Positions 14,124 through 16,534 of a stretch of 16,534 nucleotides of DNA are shown in pieces (positions within the stretch are counted from its first letter, which is position 1; each line of letters opens with the position of its first letter). Under the pieces are notes generated by a model. That model searched no databases, had not been told where the DNA came from, and saw only the letters and a list, made by a program, of their open reading frames with translations. This DNA is from Candidatus Heimdallarchaeota archaeon (GTDB lineage: Archaea; Asgardarchaeota; Heimdallarchaeia; JABLTI01), in the NCBI GenBank assembly GCA_030614005.1, contig JAUWKS010000069.1, positions 1-16,534 on the forward strand. The letters run 5' to 3'. Position numbers and translations under genes: made by a program.

Positions 14124-16007
14124 ATGGTAGATTATGATGTAAAATATCTAAAATTTAAAACCTACCTGAACACCTATTGTCCGCACTGCAGAAATAGCTT
14201 TAACAGAAAAGAAAAAGAAATGGACAAACTCAAGTTCATAGGTGTCTATAAAGGTGAAGATTTTGAATTAACAATAAGCGCTTATCTAGACGTTTTTGAG
14301 GCTCAAGCTTCAATACCTTTGAAAGAAGGAATGATTCTTGAAGATTGCAAATGCCCTCATTGCAAACAAAGTCTTGTGACCTCTGAAAAGAAATGTGGAG
14401 AATGCGGCTCTGCTGTAGGTGAAGTAATTATCAGTGCCTTTTCAAAACTAATTCCTTTCTTCACTTGTTTGAAATATGGTTGTGAATGGCATGGCTTAAC
14501 TAAAGCGGATGAACGAAGAATCAAACTAAAAATTCCTAGACAAGAAATGCCCGAACAAGATCAAGTACTAAGAATTCATAATTTCAATGAGGTACCCTAT
14601 GGACTAACCACTGAATTAGCTTTATTAGAAGCTGGTAGATGCTTACAATGCAAGCAACCAAAATGTGTTGAAGGTTGTCCAGTAAATATTGATATCCCTG
14701 AATTTATTCGATTAATCGCTGAAGAGAAAATTGAAGATGCAGTAATGAAAGTAAAAGAAACAAACCTTTTTCCAGCAATTTGTGGTCGAGTCTGTCCACA
14801 AGAGAATCAGTGTGAAGAACTTTGTATTTTAGGAAAGCGAGATTATCCCGTTGCTATTGGTCATCTTGAGAGATTTATTGCTGATTATGAACGTCGTATG
14901 GATTTCAGGAAATTACCCAGAATTGAAGCGAAAAACAATAAACGAATAGCTGTTGTCGGGTCTGGACCTGCTGGTTTAACCGTTGCAGCTGATTTAATTC
15001 AATTGGGTTACAGCATAACAATTTATGAGGCACTTCACGAACCTGGTGGGGTACTCGTTTACGGCATCCCTGAATTTCGATTGCCAAAATCAATTGTTCA
15101 TTATGAAATTGAGTTCTTAAAGAGTCTTGGATGTCGAATTGAAACAAATCATGTGATTGGTTATATCTATAGCATTGCTGAATTGCTTGAAAATTACGAT
15201 GCAGTATTTTTAGGTGTCGGTGCAGGTTTACCACGATTTATGAATATTACAGGTGAAAATCTGTGCAATGTGTTTTCTGCTAATGAATATCTAACCCGAA
15301 TGAATCTCATGAAAGCGTACAAATTTCCCGAATATGACACTCCAATGCCCGAAGGTAATGATATTGTTGTGATTGGTGGTGGAAACGTAGCAATGGATTG
15401 TGCTAGAAATGCAAAACGAACCGGAGCAATAAATGTTACCGTTGTCTATCGTCGATCGAGAAAGGAATTACCTGCAAGAAATGAAGAAATTCGTCATGCA
15501 GAAGAAGAAGGCATTCATTTCAAGTTGCTAACGAATCCAGTTAGATTTGTAGGTGATGATCGAAATTGGTTGAAAGGAATAGAATGTGTTCTGATGGAAC
15601 TTGGTGAACCTGATGATTCCGGGAGAAGAAGACCTATCCCAATTGAGAATTCAAACATAACTATACCCTGTGATATAGCAATTGTTGCTATTGGTAATAG
15701 ACCAAATCCTATTCTCTTCAATACGACACCCAATTTACAAGGCAATAAATGGGGTTGTATAGAAGTTAATCAAGAAACAATGGAAACATCGATAGAGTAT
15801 GTTTATGCTGGAGGAGATATTGTTACTGGAGCAGCAACAGTAATCTCTGCTATGGGTCAAGGACGTATCGCAGCAAATGCAATGCATAAAAAATTGTCTA
15901 GACCTGCGAGTAAAACAAAACCCAAGCAAAAACCTGAAAAAGCTGTAGCGACTACTCCAAAACCCAAACCAAAAGCTAAATCTACATCTACCCGAAAGAA
16001 AATTTAG
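14124..16007 (+). CDS. nfnB: NfnB large subunit, copy 2, fused to an N-terminal 8-Cys/1-His domain and carrying a Lys/Pro-rich C-terminal tail
   Basis: Residues 19-123 repeat the Cys-rich domain. From about residue 138 it has all NfnB motifs (RCLQCKQPKCVEGCP, CGRVCPQENQCEELC, GSGPAG, GIPEFRLPK, GGGNVAMD, VYRRS, GDIVTGAATV). Confidence 0.93.
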   Translation: MVDYDVKYLKFKTYLNTYCPHCRNSFNRKEKEMDKLKFIGVYKGEDFELTISAYLDVFEAQASIPLKEGMILEDCKCPHCKQSLVTSEKKCGECGSAVGEVIISAFSKLIPFFTCLKYGCEWHGLTKADERRIKLKIPRQEMPEQDQVLRIHNFNEVPYGLTTELALLEAGRCLQCKQPKCVEGCPVNIDIPEFIRLIAEEKIEDAVMKVKETNLFPAICGRVCPQENQCEELCILGKRDYPVAIGHLERFIADYERRMDFRKLPRIEAKNNKRIAVVGSGPAGLTVAADLIQLGYSITIYEALHEPGGVLVYGIPEFRLPKSIVHYEIEFLKSLGCRIETNHVIGYIYSIAELLENYDAVFLGVGAGLPRFMNITGENLCNVFSANEYLTRMNLMKAYKFPEYDTPMPEGNDIVVIGGGNVAMDCARNAKRTGAINVTVVYRRSRKELPARNEEIRHAEEEGIHFKLLTNPVRFVGDDRNWLKGIECVLMELGEPDDSGRRRPIPIENSNITIPCDIAIVAIGNRPNPILFNTTPNLQGNKWGCIEVNQETMETSIEYVYAGGDIVTGAATVISAMGQGRIAANAMHKKLSRPASKTKPKQKPEKAVATTPKPKPKAKSTSTRKKI

Positions 16008-16013
16008 CTTTAA

Positions 16014-16088
16014 AATTCACTGCTTTATATTACAAAAGTGAATTGTTGGTGATCGACAGAAAATCCATCACCAGAATTTTTTTCTTTT
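16014..16088 (+). terminator. Two tandem hairpins plus T-tract ending operon 2
   Basis: AATTCACT/AGTGAATT (16014-16021 with 16037-16044), then TGGTGAT/ATCACCA (16047-16053 with 16067-16073), followed by T7-C-T4 at 16077-16088. Confidence 0.6.
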
Positions 16089-16234
16089 CGCTAAATTTAT
16101 TGACAGTGATTTTTGCAGAACTATTACTTGAAAATCAAAAAGTTAATTAAAGTAGATTACTTCTTAATGAGATAATAATTCCTAGTTACAATCTTTTAGG
16201 AGTAAATTATGACCCTAATGTTGGCAGTGAAGTT

Positions 16235-16534
16235 ATGACAAAACTATACTTTTTCTATTGTCAAGAATGCGATAAATTGACACCCATTTTTGAGGCTCAA
16301 ATGAGTTGGATAGATCAAACAGGTAAGGTAGGATTACGGCTAACATTTGAGGGAGAACCTGATGGTGAATATACCGGTGAATGGGAAACAGTCATCATCC
16401 ATGATGCAATGTGTATAAAATGCAATTTAGTATATCAAATTATTATAGGAGATTTCTCCTACAAACTAAAAGAACAAGTAATAGATGATCAGAGTACAAG
16501 TTTATTTGTAAGAATGAAAGATTTTGAGTACGAA
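16235..16534 (+). CDS. Hypothetical protein with two CxxC pairs (zinc-ribbon-like), partial at the right edge; not in the supplied ORF track
   Basis: My translation is MTKLYFFYCQECDKLTPIFEAQMSWIDQTGKVGLRLTFEGEPDGEYTGEWETVIIHDAMCIKCNLVYQIIIGDFSYKLKEQVIDDQSTSLFVRMKDFEYE: 100 codons with no stop in AT-rich DNA. Confidence 0.65.
   Translation, partial: MTKLYFFYCQECDKLTPIFEAQMSWIDQTGKVGLRLTFEGEPDGEYTGEWETVIIHDAMCIKCNLVYQIIIGDFSYKLKEQVIDDQSTSLFVRMKDFEYE

Larger units (their letters stand above)
4925..14492 (+). repeat. Five dispersed protein-level copies of the 8-Cys/1-His domain (4925-5236, 5381-5686, 12458-12766, 12926-13231, 14178-14492)
   Basis: The same Cys/His pattern with similar spacing and shared LS(x)Y/F motifs is visible in the translations. 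Confidence 0.88.

Noticed and set aside
13208-15929. Antisense ORFs within operon 2
   Set aside because: Shadow ORFs with no independent support.
10654-16007. Interpretation of the two GltD-like genes as glutamate synthase
   Set aside because: There is no glutamate synthase large subunit, and each gene is directly preceded by an NfnA/PyrK-like partner, which indicates Nfn/Sud-type enzymes.
4895-16007. Selenocysteine/pyrrolysine readthrough or programmed frameshifts in the redox genes
   Set aside because: All proteins are complete in single frames. The TGA stops at 6363, 9792 and 10655 fall at natural C-termini overlapping the next gene's start or SD.
1-16534. CRISPR arrays, tRNA/rRNA genes, transposases
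   Set aside because: No regularly spaced nucleotide repeats, cloverleaf or rRNA-like tracts, or transposase motifs were seen by eye; nearly all the sequence is accounted for by protein-coding genes.

Overview
AT-rich archaeal DNA. The lineage is probably Asgard-like, an inference from the nmd3/DUF424/aIF-2beta genes, the GGTGA/AGGAG ribosome-binding sites and the low GC. The left part (1-4705) is housekeeping. On the minus strand lie aIF-2beta, DUF424, NMD3 and an iorA that breaks off inside its TPP-binding motif; on the plus strand lies an MtnP-family nucleoside phosphorylase. The right part (4895-16007) is an 11-kb redox island of two tandem plus-strand operons separated by a hairpin/T-tract. 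Operon 1 encodes a Cys-rich protein, HydC/NuoE-like, HydB/NuoF-like, a NuoG/HydA-like subunit with no catalytic centre, a divergent NfnA and NfnB. Operon 2 encodes a paralogous Cys-rich protein, a canonical NfnA and an NfnB carrying an N-terminal copy of the same Cys-rich domain. The main signal is an uncharacterised ~105-aa domain (CxxC...CxxC...CxxC...Cx4Cx2H) present five times, always in or fused to flavin-based electron-bifurcation modules. Operon 1 also joins a HydABC-type module lacking a terminal active site to an NfnAB pair. All family assignments come from motif recognition by eye; no searches were run.
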